Origin: Christensenellaceae bacterium
GTDB lineage: Bacteria > Bacillota > Clostridia > Christensenellales > SZUA-584
DNA: 64,000 nucleotides
Reading direction: 5' to 3'
Assembly: GCA_963674545.2 (NCBI GenBank)
Contig: CAXXFB010000001.1
Location: 6,881 to 70,880 of the forward strand
The position numbers and the translations under genes are program-made. The notes under the pieces were generated by a model. It had not been told where the DNA came from. It made no database searches and saw only the letters and a program-made list of their open reading frames with translations. The stretch's first letter is position 1. Every line of letters starts with the position of its first letter. This document shows, in pieces, positions 25,394 to 35,507 of the stretch.

Positions 25394-25903
25394 TTATTCG
25401 TTTGTGCCAAAGGTTAATCCACCGGTTCCTTCTTCCTCATCCCAAGAGAATTGCAGCATTTCGTCGCTGCTGTTTGTTGCAGTTAAAGTATGAAACCCCT
25501 CAGACTCATATGTCATAGTGATTTCCCATCCGTTCTCTGTAATTTTCTTTTCGTAGTCACCTGCTATCTTGGAAGTACAGCCTTCGAATGAGATGTTTAC
25601 GCCTGTTCCTGCATCCATAACAAATATTACTTTTACGCCTTTGACTTCAGGTACGTTATTTGGAAGCTTGTCACTAGGCCAGGACATTCCGTCTTCATCG
25701 CCCTGAATATTTATATCACCCTCGTCACTGGAAATAGATACATTGCCTCCATCGTCATCAATATCAATATCAACATCTTCACCGCTCTGGGCTTCCATCA
25801 TGCCTTCGATTATGTTCTCAACTGCATTTTCTTGTGCTTTTCTGCAGCCGACAAGGCCTATTATAAGGAATACAACCAACATTACAATAAGAACTTTTTT
25901 CAT
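25394..25903 (-). CDS. Acidic lipoprotein, unknown function (paralogue of 7445-8035)
   Basis: MKKVLIVMLVVFLIIGLVGC lipobox, D/E-rich linker, then a WP...VPEVKG segment and a beta-rich C-terminal domain, as in the 7445 product. Start placed at the second-frame Met (25903). Confidence 0.7.
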   Translation of the reverse strand: MKKVLIVMLVVFLIIGLVGCRKAQENAVENIIEGMMEAQSGEDVDIDIDDDGGNVSISSDEGDINIQGDEDGMSWPSDKLPNNVPEVKGVKVIFVMDAGTGVNISFEGCTSKIAGDYEKKITENGWEITMTYESEGFHTLTATNSSDEMLQFSWDEEEGTGGLTFGTNE

Positions 25904-25990
25904 ATTGAAAACTCCTTTCATAGATAACCTCATTATACAACATTTTTATAAGAAAGACATATTAAAATATATTATTATTACTTTATTTAG

Positions 25991-26563
25991 CTATTTTTTA
26001 AGAGAAAAGAGCAAGTCTGCCATGTTTTGGCCCAGAGTTTTCATTGTTTCAATGCCTTCTTCGTCATTAAGAACTTCACCTTTCTGTCGGCCTATGCCTT
26101 GGTTCCAATAGCTTGAACCGACAATAATGCCTTCACTTATAGTGAAAAGATTGTTGATTGCATTAAAAGCTGCAAGAGCACCGTTCCTTCTTACGGCGAC
26201 CACACTTGCACATACCATACCTTTTAAAATTTTATGCGGCCTTGTTGAATATCCAACCCGGTCAATAAAAGCTTTTGCCTGTGCAGTAAGGCTTCCAAAG
26301 TAGACGGGTGAACCAATAATCAGTGCATCCGCTGCTGCAATTTTTCGGATGCACTCATTTATGATATCGTCGTCGAATATGCACCTCGGTGAATCGCTTT
26401 TTTTGCATTTGCCGCATGCGGTACAGCCGTGTATATCACGACTGCCTGCCTGTATAAGTTCTGTGTATATACCTCTGTTTTCAAGTTCATTTAATACGGT
26501 GTTTAGTAATATGTAAGTATTGCCTTTTGGCCGGGGACTTGTATTTACTGCTATAGCTCTCAT
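25991..26563 (-). CDS. Flavodoxin-like FMN reductase / iron-sulfur flavoprotein family
   Basis: 190 aa. IAVNTSPRPKGNT...CTACGKCKK...ADALIIGSPVYFGSLTAQAKAFIDR fits the NADPH-dependent FMN reductase fold with a Cys cluster insert. Confidence 0.7.
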   Translation of the reverse strand: MRAIAVNTSPRPKGNTYILLNTVLNELENRGIYTELIQAGSRDIHGCTACGKCKKSDSPRCIFDDDIINECIRKIAAADALIIGSPVYFGSLTAQAKAFIDRVGYSTRPHKILKGMVCASVVAVRRNGALAAFNAINNLFTISEGIIVGSSYWNQGIGRQKGEVLNDEEGIETMKTLGQNMADLLFSLKK

Positions 26564-26576
26564 AAAAATACTCCTT

Positions 26577-27371
26577 TTAAAGTAGCTTCACTAGAAGCTC
26601 GTCTACACCCGAAAAAAGAAAGTCGGGTTTATCCGGACTGTTTTCTATGTCCTCTTTTGTCATCTCACCTGAAAGAACCCCGATGGAACACATATTGTTA
26701 TTTATAGCAAGGAGCATATCAGTATACAATCTGTCTCCTATTACGGCTATCTCTTTAAACTCGACGCCGGCCATTTCTTTTATGTATGCAGCTGTTTCGT
26801 GCGAAGGCTTGCCAAGGAACTTTGGTTTTGCACCTGTTGCGTATATCAGCATTGCACACATGCTCGCACAGTCCGGAAGTATTTTGCCGCCTTCGAGCGG
26901 GCATACGGCATCTATATTGGTAGCTAGGAACGGCAGTCCGGCTCTTAAAAGGTCTGTAGCTCGGCTTGCTTTTTCAAAGTTAAAGGTCGTGTCGAAACCG
27001 ACTACAACGCAATCAGGCAGTCCGTTTTCTAAGCATTGTATACCTGCGCTCTGGAATTGTTCTTTTAATAGCGGAGTACCAACAAGATAGACAGACGGAT
27101 TTTTACCAAAAGTATCTTTCAAATATTTTATGGTCACATCGCCCGAAGTGATAATCTTGTTCCTTTTATAGCTGCCAAAGCCAAGGGCTTCCAGTTTGTC
27201 TGTATATGCGCTTGGAGACTTTGAAGAATTGTTGGTAAAAAAGAAGTAAGATATGCCGCGCTCATCAAACAGTCTTAATAGATCTTTTGCACCGGGCAAA
27301 ACCTTACTGCCAAGATAGATAGTTCCGTCCATATCGAGTACATAGCATTTTATTTGTTTTAATCTTTCCAT
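26577..27371 (-). CDS. HAD-IIA family sugar-phosphate phosphatase (NagD-like)
   Basis: YVLDMDGTIYLG (motif I), FFTNNSSKS (motif II), KP...GDRLYTDM (motifs III/IV). Confidence 0.8.
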   Translation of the reverse strand: MERLKQIKCYVLDMDGTIYLGSKVLPGAKDLLRLFDERGISYFFFTNNSSKSPSAYTDKLEALGFGSYKRNKIITSGDVTIKYLKDTFGKNPSVYLVGTPLLKEQFQSAGIQCLENGLPDCVVVGFDTTFNFEKASRATDLLRAGLPFLATNIDAVCPLEGGKILPDCASMCAMLIYATGAKPKFLGKPSHETAAYIKEMAGVEFKEIAVIGDRLYTDMLLAINNNMCSIGVLSGEMTKEDIENSPDKPDFLFSGVDELLVKLL

Positions 27372-27512
27372 TTCTATACCGCCGGATTCATATTAGTTGT
27401 ATCAGTATGCCCTGTGATTGTATCAAAGAAAGTCATTTGACTCAACATAAATAATTGTTTTTGAGCTGTGTGATATGTTAGAATGATAGTAACTTTTTTA
27501 ACGGGGGACTAC

Positions 27513-28670
27513 ATGTTATATCGTAAAAACATAAAAAACGGACAGGATATTTCAGCACTTGGCTTCGGCGTAATGCGGCTGCCGCTGACTCAGGATGGGC
27601 ACATCGATAAGCCTGAAGCTAAAAAAATGATCGACTACAGCATAGCGCAAGGCATCAATTATTTTGATACAGCAGTGCCATATCATGGCGGAGAGAGTGA
27701 GCCTTTCCTGGGCGAAGCCCTTGAAGGGATAAGAGACAAAGTATATATCGCTACAAAAATGCTTCAAAGGAAAATAAACAGCTATGAAGAGATGGAAGAG
27801 ATGTTTGCAGGGCAGCTAGAGAAACTGAGAACAGATCATATAGACTACTATCTGCTTCATGGTTTTGTAAATGCGCAGCAGTGGCATCGCCTCAAAGAGT
27901 TGGGTGTACTTGATTTTATAAATAAGCACAAGAAATCCGGGGCAATAAGACAGATAGGGTTTTCGGCGCATATGACCCATCCTGAATTTATTGAAGTCCT
28001 TGACGATTTTGACTGGGATTTTACCCAGATACAATACAACTACATTGACGAGGACATACAAGCCGGGAGCAAAGGCCTTGAGCACGCTCGTAAAAAAGGA
28101 GTACCAGTAATAGTAATGGAGCCCATAAGGGGCGGTTTTCTTACTATGGTCAACGATGATATAAAAGCTATTTTCGATAAAGCAGAGGATAAAAAAACGC
28201 CTGCTCAATGGGCTTTGCGGTGGGTCTGGAACCAAGAAGGCATACTTACTGTACTGAGCGGCATGTCAACTCAGGAGCAGCTGGAACAGAACATTATATC
28301 AGCAAGTGTGGCGGAGCCTGGAAGTCTGTCCGACAACGATATAAAAATATTGGAGGAGGCAAAGGCCGAATTCAAGAGCAGGATAAAGGTACTGTGTACA
28401 CAGTGCGGATACTGTATGCCGTGTCCGCAGGGAGTTAATATACCAGTTACATTTGAAAGTTATAATATCTATCATATGCTGAGCGAAAAAAGAGGAAAAC
28501 GCTGGTACTATGTAATGACATCCGGTGGCATGGGCGAAAGATGCGAAGCGTCTCTTTGTATAGAGTGCGGTATCTGTGAACAGAAATGTCCGCAGGGGAT
28601 AAAGATAATCGACGAACTTAAGAACGCATTAGCAGTTCTGGTGCCGGACGAGTTAAAGGAGATTAAATAG
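27513..28670 (+). CDS. Aldo/keto reductase fused to a C-terminal 2x[4Fe-4S]-type Cys motif domain
   Basis: GFGVMRLP, YFDTAVPYHGGESE, DYYLLH, then CTQCGYCMPCPQG and CIECGICEQKCPQG. Confidence 0.85.
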   Translation: MLYRKNIKNGQDISALGFGVMRLPLTQDGHIDKPEAKKMIDYSIAQGINYFDTAVPYHGGESEPFLGEALEGIRDKVYIATKMLQRKINSYEEMEEMFAGQLEKLRTDHIDYYLLHGFVNAQQWHRLKELGVLDFINKHKKSGAIRQIGFSAHMTHPEFIEVLDDFDWDFTQIQYNYIDEDIQAGSKGLEHARKKGVPVIVMEPIRGGFLTMVNDDIKAIFDKAEDKKTPAQWALRWVWNQEGILTVLSGMSTQEQLEQNIISASVAEPGSLSDNDIKILEEAKAEFKSRIKVLCTQCGYCMPCPQGVNIPVTFESYNIYHMLSEKRGKRWYYVMTSGGMGERCEASLCIECGICEQKCPQGIKIIDELKNALAVLVPDELKEIK

Positions 28671-29377
28671 TGAACAGTCTGAAAGGGAAAACAGCGGTAA
28701 TAACAGGAGCTGGAAGAGGCATAGGTTATGCTATTGTCCAGAGGATGCTGGAAGAAGGCATGAATGTCTTTGCAACTTCAAGGGACATAAGCAAGCTTGA
28801 GAAAATAGATAGTGACAGGATTTTTGCGTTCTCAGCAGACCTTACAGATACAGGAGCTCCGACCGATATAATAGAAAAGTGTGTTTGCACTTTCTGCGGT
28901 GTAGATGTTATAATTAACAACGCAGGATACGCAAAAAAATTACTGCTGAGCGACACATCGGCGCAGGAATTCGACAAGCATATGGCTGTGAATGTACGGG
29001 CGCCTATGCTGCTTGTCAACGCAGCGCTGCCCTGGCTGGAGAAATCTGAGCATGCGGCTGTTGTGAACATATGCTCTGTGGTAGCTGTAAAGGGATATGA
29101 AACTCAAGGGGCGTATACTGCTTCAAAGCATGCGCTTCTTGGGTACACAAAGGTGCTGGCAAAGGAGCTTTACAATAAAAATATTCGTGTACATGCGCTG
29201 CTTCCCGGCGGCGTTGGTACAGAGCTTATACTAGAGACACGACCGGATCTTAATATGGACGATCTTTCCACACCGCAGGAGATAGCGGATATAGTTATAT
29301 TCCTCGTCGGAAACAGGAACAATTCAGTAATAGATCAAATAAGCGTCAGAAGATATACAAAACAGCCTTGGGCATAA
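28670..29377 (+). CDS. Short-chain dehydrogenase/reductase (SDR)
   Basis: TGAGRGIGYAI cofactor motif, NNAG, catalytic YTASKHAL. GTG start overlapping the upstream stop. Confidence 0.85.
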   Translation: MNSLKGKTAVITGAGRGIGYAIVQRMLEEGMNVFATSRDISKLEKIDSDRIFAFSADLTDTGAPTDIIEKCVCTFCGVDVIINNAGYAKKLLLSDTSAQEFDKHMAVNVRAPMLLVNAALPWLEKSEHAAVVNICSVVAVKGYETQGAYTASKHALLGYTKVLAKELYNKNIRVHALLPGGVGTELILETRPDLNMDDLSTPQEIADIVIFLVGNRNNSVIDQISVRRYTKQPWA

Positions 29378-29393
29378 CACAGGGAGCGGGACA

Positions 29394-30167
29394 TTGAAGA
29401 AAATTGGCATAGCGCTTGGCGGGGGCGGAGTAAGAGGAGCAGCGCATATAGCATACCTTAAGGCGATAGAAGAGCTGGGGGCAAAGCCGGTCATCGTTTC
29501 CGGTACATCCAGCGGTGCTATTGCAGGTTCGCTCTATTGCGCAGGAATGGCTCCTGCCGATATAATAGATATGCTCGGAAGTATGTTCAGAAACAAAAAA
29601 CAGACAGGCATGTTTGCTAAATTTGCCAAGAAAAGCAGCGCTCTTGTATCTGTGGCAGCAAGAAGAGCTTTAAAAGAAATACTGCCGGTAAACACTTTTG
29701 AAGAAATGGAAATTCCTCTAAAAGTGGTAGCAACCAACGTTAACACACTGGAGGAAAGGGTGTTTGAAACAGGCAGACTGCTTGATGCGCTGATGTGCAG
29801 CGCAGCACTTCCGGGGTCGATACTCCCGCAGGAATATGACGGAGAGTATTATATTGACGGGGGGGCAACAAATATTGTACCATTTGATATTATAAGAGAG
29901 CAATGCGATATACTGATAGCTATAGATGTTTCACAGGTAAGACCTAAAAGTTCAGGTCATGACATGAAAGCTGCGGAAAGAGCAGACTGGGCTGCGGCAC
30001 AGCAGGCTCTTATATCTTTAAAGCGAATGTGCAGCCCTATAGACATATTCGAACGCCCAAGTTTCGATAATACCGGAACAATGGAATTCGGCAAAGTAAT
30101 GGACGTATACAAACGGGCAGAAGAGCTTGTGCCCGAGTTTAAACGCAAGCTCGAAAAGTTATTATAA
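29394..30167 (+). CDS. Patatin-like phospholipase (canonical active site)
   Basis: Oxyanion GGGGVRG, nucleophile elbow GTSSG, catalytic Asp in YIDGGATN. TTG start. Confidence 0.85.
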   Translation: MKKIGIALGGGGVRGAAHIAYLKAIEELGAKPVIVSGTSSGAIAGSLYCAGMAPADIIDMLGSMFRNKKQTGMFAKFAKKSSALVSVAARRALKEILPVNTFEEMEIPLKVVATNVNTLEERVFETGRLLDALMCSAALPGSILPQEYDGEYYIDGGATNIVPFDIIREQCDILIAIDVSQVRPKSSGHDMKAAERADWAAAQQALISLKRMCSPIDIFERPSFDNTGTMEFGKVMDVYKRAEELVPEFKRKLEKLL

Positions 30168-30179
30168 AGGGGATATAAA

Positions 30180-30989
30180 ATGAGCAAGACATTAGGAATA
30201 GCTTTTGGCGGCAGCGGTGCAGAGGGCATCGCGGGAATAGCGTACATCCGTGCGCTTGAAGAGCTCAGCATTGAGCCGGCGATAGTATCAGGTACGGGAA
30301 TAGGCGGTGCGGTGGCCGCAATGTATGCTGCAGGAATGAAGAGCGCCGACATGATCGCTTTTCTTGAGGATGTTAACTTTCCCGGCGCAAAAAGGCCGAT
30401 AAACGAAAGCAAAGTGAAAGATGCCAAATTCGGCATACTCGACGACATGGGGCTGGAGGATTATTTTAAGATAGTCGTTCCTGTAAAGGTTTTTGACAGA
30501 CTCTATTTCCCACTTAAAATAGTTGCGGCTGATTATGTTGATGGCAGTGAGGTGGTTTTCTCTGACGGAGACATGGGAACTGCAGTAAGGGCAAGCGTTT
30601 CGGTGCCCGGCATATTCTCGCCACATGAAAAAGAAGGGGTATACTATCTTGACGGTACATGCGTCAACCCTGTTCCGTTCGATATCATCAGAGACAAATG
30701 TGACATTCTTGCTGCTATTGACCCTGTTATAACGCATGCTCCTGTGCAGGAAGGCGAAGATGAGGCAGAGCTTTCACTCAACGTTTTCCCGGCTTTTAAA
30801 GGCGCATATGACGCTGCAAAGAAAACTGTTCTTTCAGAGAAGATGAAAAGCTGCAAAGTGGATATATACGAGAAAATCGGCGTTAATATATTGAACACAT
30901 ACGACTTTGTACAGCACAGCCTGATACTCGAATCTGTAAGAGAGCAGGCGGATGTATTCAAAGAAAAGGTGGCAAAGGAAATAGGCTGA
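30180..30989 (+). CDS. Patatin-like protein with degenerate active site (probable pseudoenzyme)
   Basis: Same fold-level pattern as the upstream gene. Changes: GGSGAEG replaces GGGxRG, GTGIG replaces GxSxG (GGA Gly codon at 30297-30299 where Ser is expected), and DGT replaces DGG. Confidence 0.75.
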   Translation: MSKTLGIAFGGSGAEGIAGIAYIRALEELSIEPAIVSGTGIGGAVAAMYAAGMKSADMIAFLEDVNFPGAKRPINESKVKDAKFGILDDMGLEDYFKIVVPVKVFDRLYFPLKIVAADYVDGSEVVFSDGDMGTAVRASVSVPGIFSPHEKEGVYYLDGTCVNPVPFDIIRDKCDILAAIDPVITHAPVQEGEDEAELSLNVFPAFKGAYDAAKKTVLSEKMKSCKVDIYEKIGVNILNTYDFVQHSLILESVREQADVFKEKVAKEIG

Positions 30990-31144
30990 CACATTAAAGA
31001 ATGCTTACCTATTCGATGATATTTAGATAAATAAAAGTTTCGAATAAGGGCAAAAAGTTACAAATGAAATGCTGGCGGACAGTGTGAAAGAATTGATGCT
31101 GAATGAAACACCTGCCGATAAATCAAAATTGGAGACATAATAGA

Positions 31145-31172
31145 AAGGGCGGTTTATATCCGCCCTGTTTTT
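31145..31172 (+). terminator. Rho-independent terminator
   Basis: AGGGCGG-TTTATAT-CCGCCCT followed by GTTTTT. Confidence 0.7.
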
Positions 31173-31553
31173 ATAAATACATTCAAGATAGATATAAGCT
31201 TCATGAATTGAAGTTTAATAAATAATACGCTCACTCTATCCAGCTTATCAAGAGAAACAGGTATGGTAAATGAAGCGTTTTATTTGATAGATGAAAAAAG
31301 TATTTATGTGACAAAACATTGAACTGTGATTGTTTAGTTAACGCTTTATTGAGTTTATTTATGAGCTTTTTATACGCTTAGCGGATCTTCTTTAAGAATA
31401 CGTATAAAAAACCGGTTTTTTGCTATACCATTGCTGTAATAAGTATAAAAAATCTTGACATAATAGAAAAAAACAATTAACATAGAATCTGTCTGGGATA
31501 TATTTTTTTTCAAACTTCATCTTTAGACCAATCCAAAAAATGGCGGGTGACAA

Positions 31554-32816
31554 ATGGGTATATATGTGGATGACAGTGGTTATACAAAAACCGACCAGTC
31601 GTTCTTGAAGAATTATAATATTAAGAAAATACTAAGTATTTTAAGAAAATATGAGCTTTTGTCACGTATTGAACTATCGGCAATAAGCAGTCTTGATAAA
31701 AAAACGATAACGAATATCACAAAGAAACTTCTTGAAGACAAACAGATAGAAGTCGTCGAGCTGCGGTATGAAGGGATGGGCAGGCCAAAGGCTATGCTTG
31801 GCCTTCGTGGCGACTACTGCAAATGCCTTGGGCTTGATCTTGGCGGTACATATATATCCGGAGTAATCATTAATTTTAAGGGTGAAGTAGTATGTTCGCA
31901 TACTGTGGATATATTCAGCGAAATGGAGCCCGATGCACTGCTTGACATAAGCTATGAACTGATAGACACACTGCTGGAAGAAGCGGATATCAGCGTGGAA
32001 GATGTAAGCGGGATTGGGATATCTATTCCCGGCTTTATAGATAAAGAAACAGGATTGTGCGTTTTATCTGAAAATATACCTGAATGGATAAATGTACCGC
32101 TTCAGGAAATATTCAATAAGAAATATGATAAAGAGATATATATAGATAACAACTCCAGGCTGATGGCTCTGGCGGAGCTTTGGTATGGCAAAGGTCGTGA
32201 GGTAAAAGATTTTATTTCGTTTGACCTTGGGCTGGGCATTGGCTGCGGCATAGTAATCGATCACCATATATATGCAGGAGCCAGCGGAAAATCCGGCGAA
32301 GTCGGGCATACCATAGTAGAAGTAGACGGACCGCTGTGTACGTGCGGCAGGCACGGCTGCATAGAGTCTCTGGCATCTGGCTGGGCTCTTGTTATGCAGG
32401 CGCAAGATGCTTTAAAAAAAGGCGTCGAGACCAACTTGAGTGAAATAAAGGGGCATGGAAGCGCGCCGACTACGGATGACATTAGCCTCGCTGCCCAGAG
32501 CGGAGACGAGTTTTGCATAGGCCTTCTAAGACACGCCGGAGAATACATCGGCATAGGATTAGCAAATATAATCGACCTTTTTAACCCGTCCCTTGTGATT
32601 GTCAACGGCAAGCTGTATGACAACAATCCTATACTTAAAGAGTCGATTCAGGAAACAGTCAAAAAGCAGACCATGCCTCAAATATACAGTGATACACAAA
32701 TAGTAGGCTCTGATATCGGAGTGATGGCTACGGCAATAGGTGCTGCGACGCTTTGTTTAGAAAAATGCATAATGAAAGATGATACGAGGAATTCGGAAGA
32801 CCAAAGTTTAGATTAA
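31554..32816 (+). CDS. ROK-family transcriptional regulator (NagC/XylR-like)
   Basis: N-terminal winged-HTH region (ILSILRKYELLSRIELSAISSLDKKTITNITKKL). LGLDLGGTYISG ATPase-fold motif. ROK zinc motif GHTIVEVDGPLCTCGRHGCIE. Confidence 0.85.
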   Translation: MGIYVDDSGYTKTDQSFLKNYNIKKILSILRKYELLSRIELSAISSLDKKTITNITKKLLEDKQIEVVELRYEGMGRPKAMLGLRGDYCKCLGLDLGGTYISGVIINFKGEVVCSHTVDIFSEMEPDALLDISYELIDTLLEEADISVEDVSGIGISIPGFIDKETGLCVLSENIPEWINVPLQEIFNKKYDKEIYIDNNSRLMALAELWYGKGREVKDFISFDLGLGIGCGIVIDHHIYAGASGKSGEVGHTIVEVDGPLCTCGRHGCIESLASGWALVMQAQDALKKGVETNLSEIKGHGSAPTTDDISLAAQSGDEFCIGLLRHAGEYIGIGLANIIDLFNPSLVIVNGKLYDNNPILKESIQETVKKQTMPQIYSDTQIVGSDIGVMATAIGAATLCLEKCIMKDDTRNSEDQSLD

Positions 32817-32830
32817 ATGGAGGTGCTTAC

Positions 32831-34321
32831 ATGGATTACTTAAGACTGTTTATTAACAACGAATGGCAGGATGCTACGGATAATAAACGGATGGATGTTT
32901 TTTGCCCTGCTACGGGAGAGTTGATATGCGAGATCGCGGCAGCACAGGAGGAGGACGTAGACCGGGCTGTAGCTGCAGCTAAGGCGGCATTCGACAGCGG
33001 TGTATGGAGCGAGCTGAACGGTGACGAGCGTGCCGGGTATATGCTGAGAGCAGCCGACATCATGAAGCGCCGCACAGATGAGTTTGCAAGGCTGGAAGCA
33101 ATGGATTCCGGCAAGCCGATAAAAGAAACTATAGAAGTAGATATACCATACGCCATACGTGCTATGGAATATTTTGCAAATATAGCGAGAGAAGTGCAGG
33201 GAAGCGTCATTCCACTGCCGGGGATAGATGGATTTGACTATCTGACATATGAGCCGTTTGGAGTAGTAGCAGGCATAACCCCCTGGAACTTTCCGCTGCA
33301 CCTTGCCACAAGAGCAATGTGCCCGGCATTGGCTGCAGGAAACACAGTGGTTATAAAAGCATCTTCGCTTGCTCCGATTACTACGTCACTGATGGGTGAA
33401 GTTTTCCTTGAAGCAGGATTCCCGCCGGGCGTTGTAAATATAATCAGCGGTTCGGGCGGGGTTGCAGGTGAAGCAATAGCGTCACACAAAGATGTAAACA
33501 TGATATCTTTCACCGGTTCAGAGAGTGTCGGCAGGCGGATACTAGAGCTTTCATCGAAGTCGCCTATCATGAAGAAAACGATACTGGAGCTTGGCGGTAA
33601 AGGACCGTTTATTGCTGAGGCAGACTGTGACATGAGTTCGGCTGTAAATTCTGTGATAACTGGATTCTGTCTTAATCAGGGAGAAGTATGCTGCGCTTCG
33701 ACAAGGCTGTACCTTAACGAGAAGATATATGATGAGTTTTTAGAATTGCTTAAATACAGGCTTGATAGAATAGTTTACGGGGATATACTTGATCCAAAAA
33801 CTCAGATGGGCGCACTTATTGACGAGCACCAGTACGAAGTAGTTGATTCGTATGTGAAGCAGGCTGTGGCAGAAGGCGCAAGATTGGTATGCGGGGGAGA
33901 ACGATATTTGAGCCCTCCGTGCGATAAAGGATTCTTCTATAAACCGACGGTGCTAGATAACGTTAAAAACGATGCTAAGTGCGTACAGGAAGAGATATTC
34001 GGCCCGGTGCTGGTCGTTTTGAAATATAAGGACATCGACGAAGCTGTGAATATGGCGAACGAAAGTCCGCTTGGCCTCGGAGCTGCTATCTGGAGCGAGA
34101 ACCCGCGAACGCTTTTTAAGACGGCAAAGAAGCTCGATTCCGGTACAGTCTGGATGAACACGAATATAATGTCGAAGATGGAAGCGCCTTACGGAGGCAA
34201 TAAGAACAGCGGCCTTGGCAGAGAATACGGCGCACACGGCCTGCGTGAATATATGAAGATGAAGAACTGTATACTATATCTTGGCGACGAATATGAGAAC
34301 TTCTACGGATTTGAAGACTAG
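32831..34321 (+). CDS. NAD(P)+-dependent aldehyde dehydrogenase (non-acylating ALDH superfamily)
   Basis: FINNEW start, ITPWNFP, ELGGKGP, catalytic Cys in GEVCCAST, EEIFGPV. Confidence 0.9.
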   Translation: MDYLRLFINNEWQDATDNKRMDVFCPATGELICEIAAAQEEDVDRAVAAAKAAFDSGVWSELNGDERAGYMLRAADIMKRRTDEFARLEAMDSGKPIKETIEVDIPYAIRAMEYFANIAREVQGSVIPLPGIDGFDYLTYEPFGVVAGITPWNFPLHLATRAMCPALAAGNTVVIKASSLAPITTSLMGEVFLEAGFPPGVVNIISGSGGVAGEAIASHKDVNMISFTGSESVGRRILELSSKSPIMKKTILELGGKGPFIAEADCDMSSAVNSVITGFCLNQGEVCCASTRLYLNEKIYDEFLELLKYRLDRIVYGDILDPKTQMGALIDEHQYEVVDSYVKQAVAEGARLVCGGERYLSPPCDKGFFYKPTVLDNVKNDAKCVQEEIFGPVLVVLKYKDIDEAVNMANESPLGLGAAIWSENPRTLFKTAKKLDSGTVWMNTNIMSKMEAPYGGNKNSGLGREYGAHGLREYMKMKNCILYLGDEYENFYGFED

Positions 34322-34336
34322 TTTACGGAGACAGAT

Positions 34337-35476
34337 ATGAAAGCTATAGTAAATGCACAAATAGTATTAAAAGACAGCATCTTATACGACGGGGTCATAC
34401 TCATTGAAGACGATAAAGTAGTAAACTTTGGCGAAAAAAGAGATGTTGCAATTCCTTTTGATGCGCAGATAATAAACGCTGAAGGAGACTATGCAGCGCC
34501 TGGGCTAGTAGACCTGCATACTCATGCTGGAGGCAGCTCGTTCTTCTTTGAAGAGCCGCAGCAGGCGAGCGAAAATATATTAAAGCATGGTGTGACAAGT
34601 GTTTTTCCTGCTCTTTACTACAACATGGATCAGGCAGATTTCCTTAAAGGCATTGATACACTTAAAACAGCCTCTCGGACTGGCGCCGGGCGTATAATAC
34701 AAGGCATATATATGGAAGGGCCATACCTCAACCCGAAATACGGGTGTGAGGCTTCGAATTATAAATGGAAAGAAGGCGTAGTAAAGGAGCGGTACCAACC
34801 GCTTATAGACGCTGCGGGAAAGTTCGCTGCTGTCTGGTGCATTGCACCGGAGGTCGAAGGAATAGAAAAGTTTGTTGACGACGTAAGGCAGATGGACGAA
34901 AATGCAGTATTTTCAGTTGCGCACAGTGAAGCAACGCCGTATCAGGTGCTGGATTTAGTGCCAAAAGGTCTGAGGCTGGCTACGCACCACACCAACGCTA
35001 CCGGCGATTTGCCGAAATATCCGGAGTGCAGGGGGGTATGCGTGGATGAGGCCGTCAATTTTTGTGATGATATATATGCCGAATTGATAGTTGACTCTCG
35101 AGGTATACATGTCGATCCGTTTATGCAGCGCCTTGTCCTTAAAATTAAAGGCAAAGACAGGATAATACTGATATCTGACGCGTTTGTTATAGACGGACCA
35201 AAACCGGAAGGTTATGATGATGTTTTCGATATTAACTTCGATTATGAAGGGCAGATAGCAGGCTCGAAGCTAACGCTGGATGTTGCCTGCCGCAACATGA
35301 AAAAACACACCGGATCGGGTATGTGCGATCTATTCAGGTTTGCATCGCTAAACCCGGCGGAACTATTGGGAAGAGATGATATTGGCCGCATTAGAAAAGG
35401 CGGGAAAGCAAACATCATAATTGTTGATGATATGATAAACGTCAAAAAGGTAATGTTTGAAGGGGAATTGGTTTAA
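34337..35476 (+). CDS. N-acetylglucosamine-6-phosphate deacetylase (NagA)-like amidohydrolase
   Basis: PGLVDLHTHAGG, MEGPYLNPKYG, VAHSEAT, ATHHTNA, ELIVDSRGIHVDP and ILISDA follow the NagA motif order. Confidence 0.7.
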   Translation: MKAIVNAQIVLKDSILYDGVILIEDDKVVNFGEKRDVAIPFDAQIINAEGDYAAPGLVDLHTHAGGSSFFFEEPQQASENILKHGVTSVFPALYYNMDQADFLKGIDTLKTASRTGAGRIIQGIYMEGPYLNPKYGCEASNYKWKEGVVKERYQPLIDAAGKFAAVWCIAPEVEGIEKFVDDVRQMDENAVFSVAHSEATPYQVLDLVPKGLRLATHHTNATGDLPKYPECRGVCVDEAVNFCDDIYAELIVDSRGIHVDPFMQRLVLKIKGKDRIILISDAFVIDGPKPEGYDDVFDINFDYEGQIAGSKLTLDVACRNMKKHTGSGMCDLFRFASLNPAELLGRDDIGRIRKGGKANIIIVDDMINVKKVMFEGELV

Positions 35477-35507
35477 TAAAAAATTAATTATATACAGGAG
35501 GCTAGAA

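Noticed and set aside
32831-34321. Aldehyde dehydrogenase as the missing BMC core enzyme
   Set aside because: It is a standard non-acylating ALDH (FINNEW start, ELGGKGP, EEIFGPV) with no N-terminal extension. It lies 20 kb away, beyond the island and the IS copies, in a ROK-regulated sugar module.
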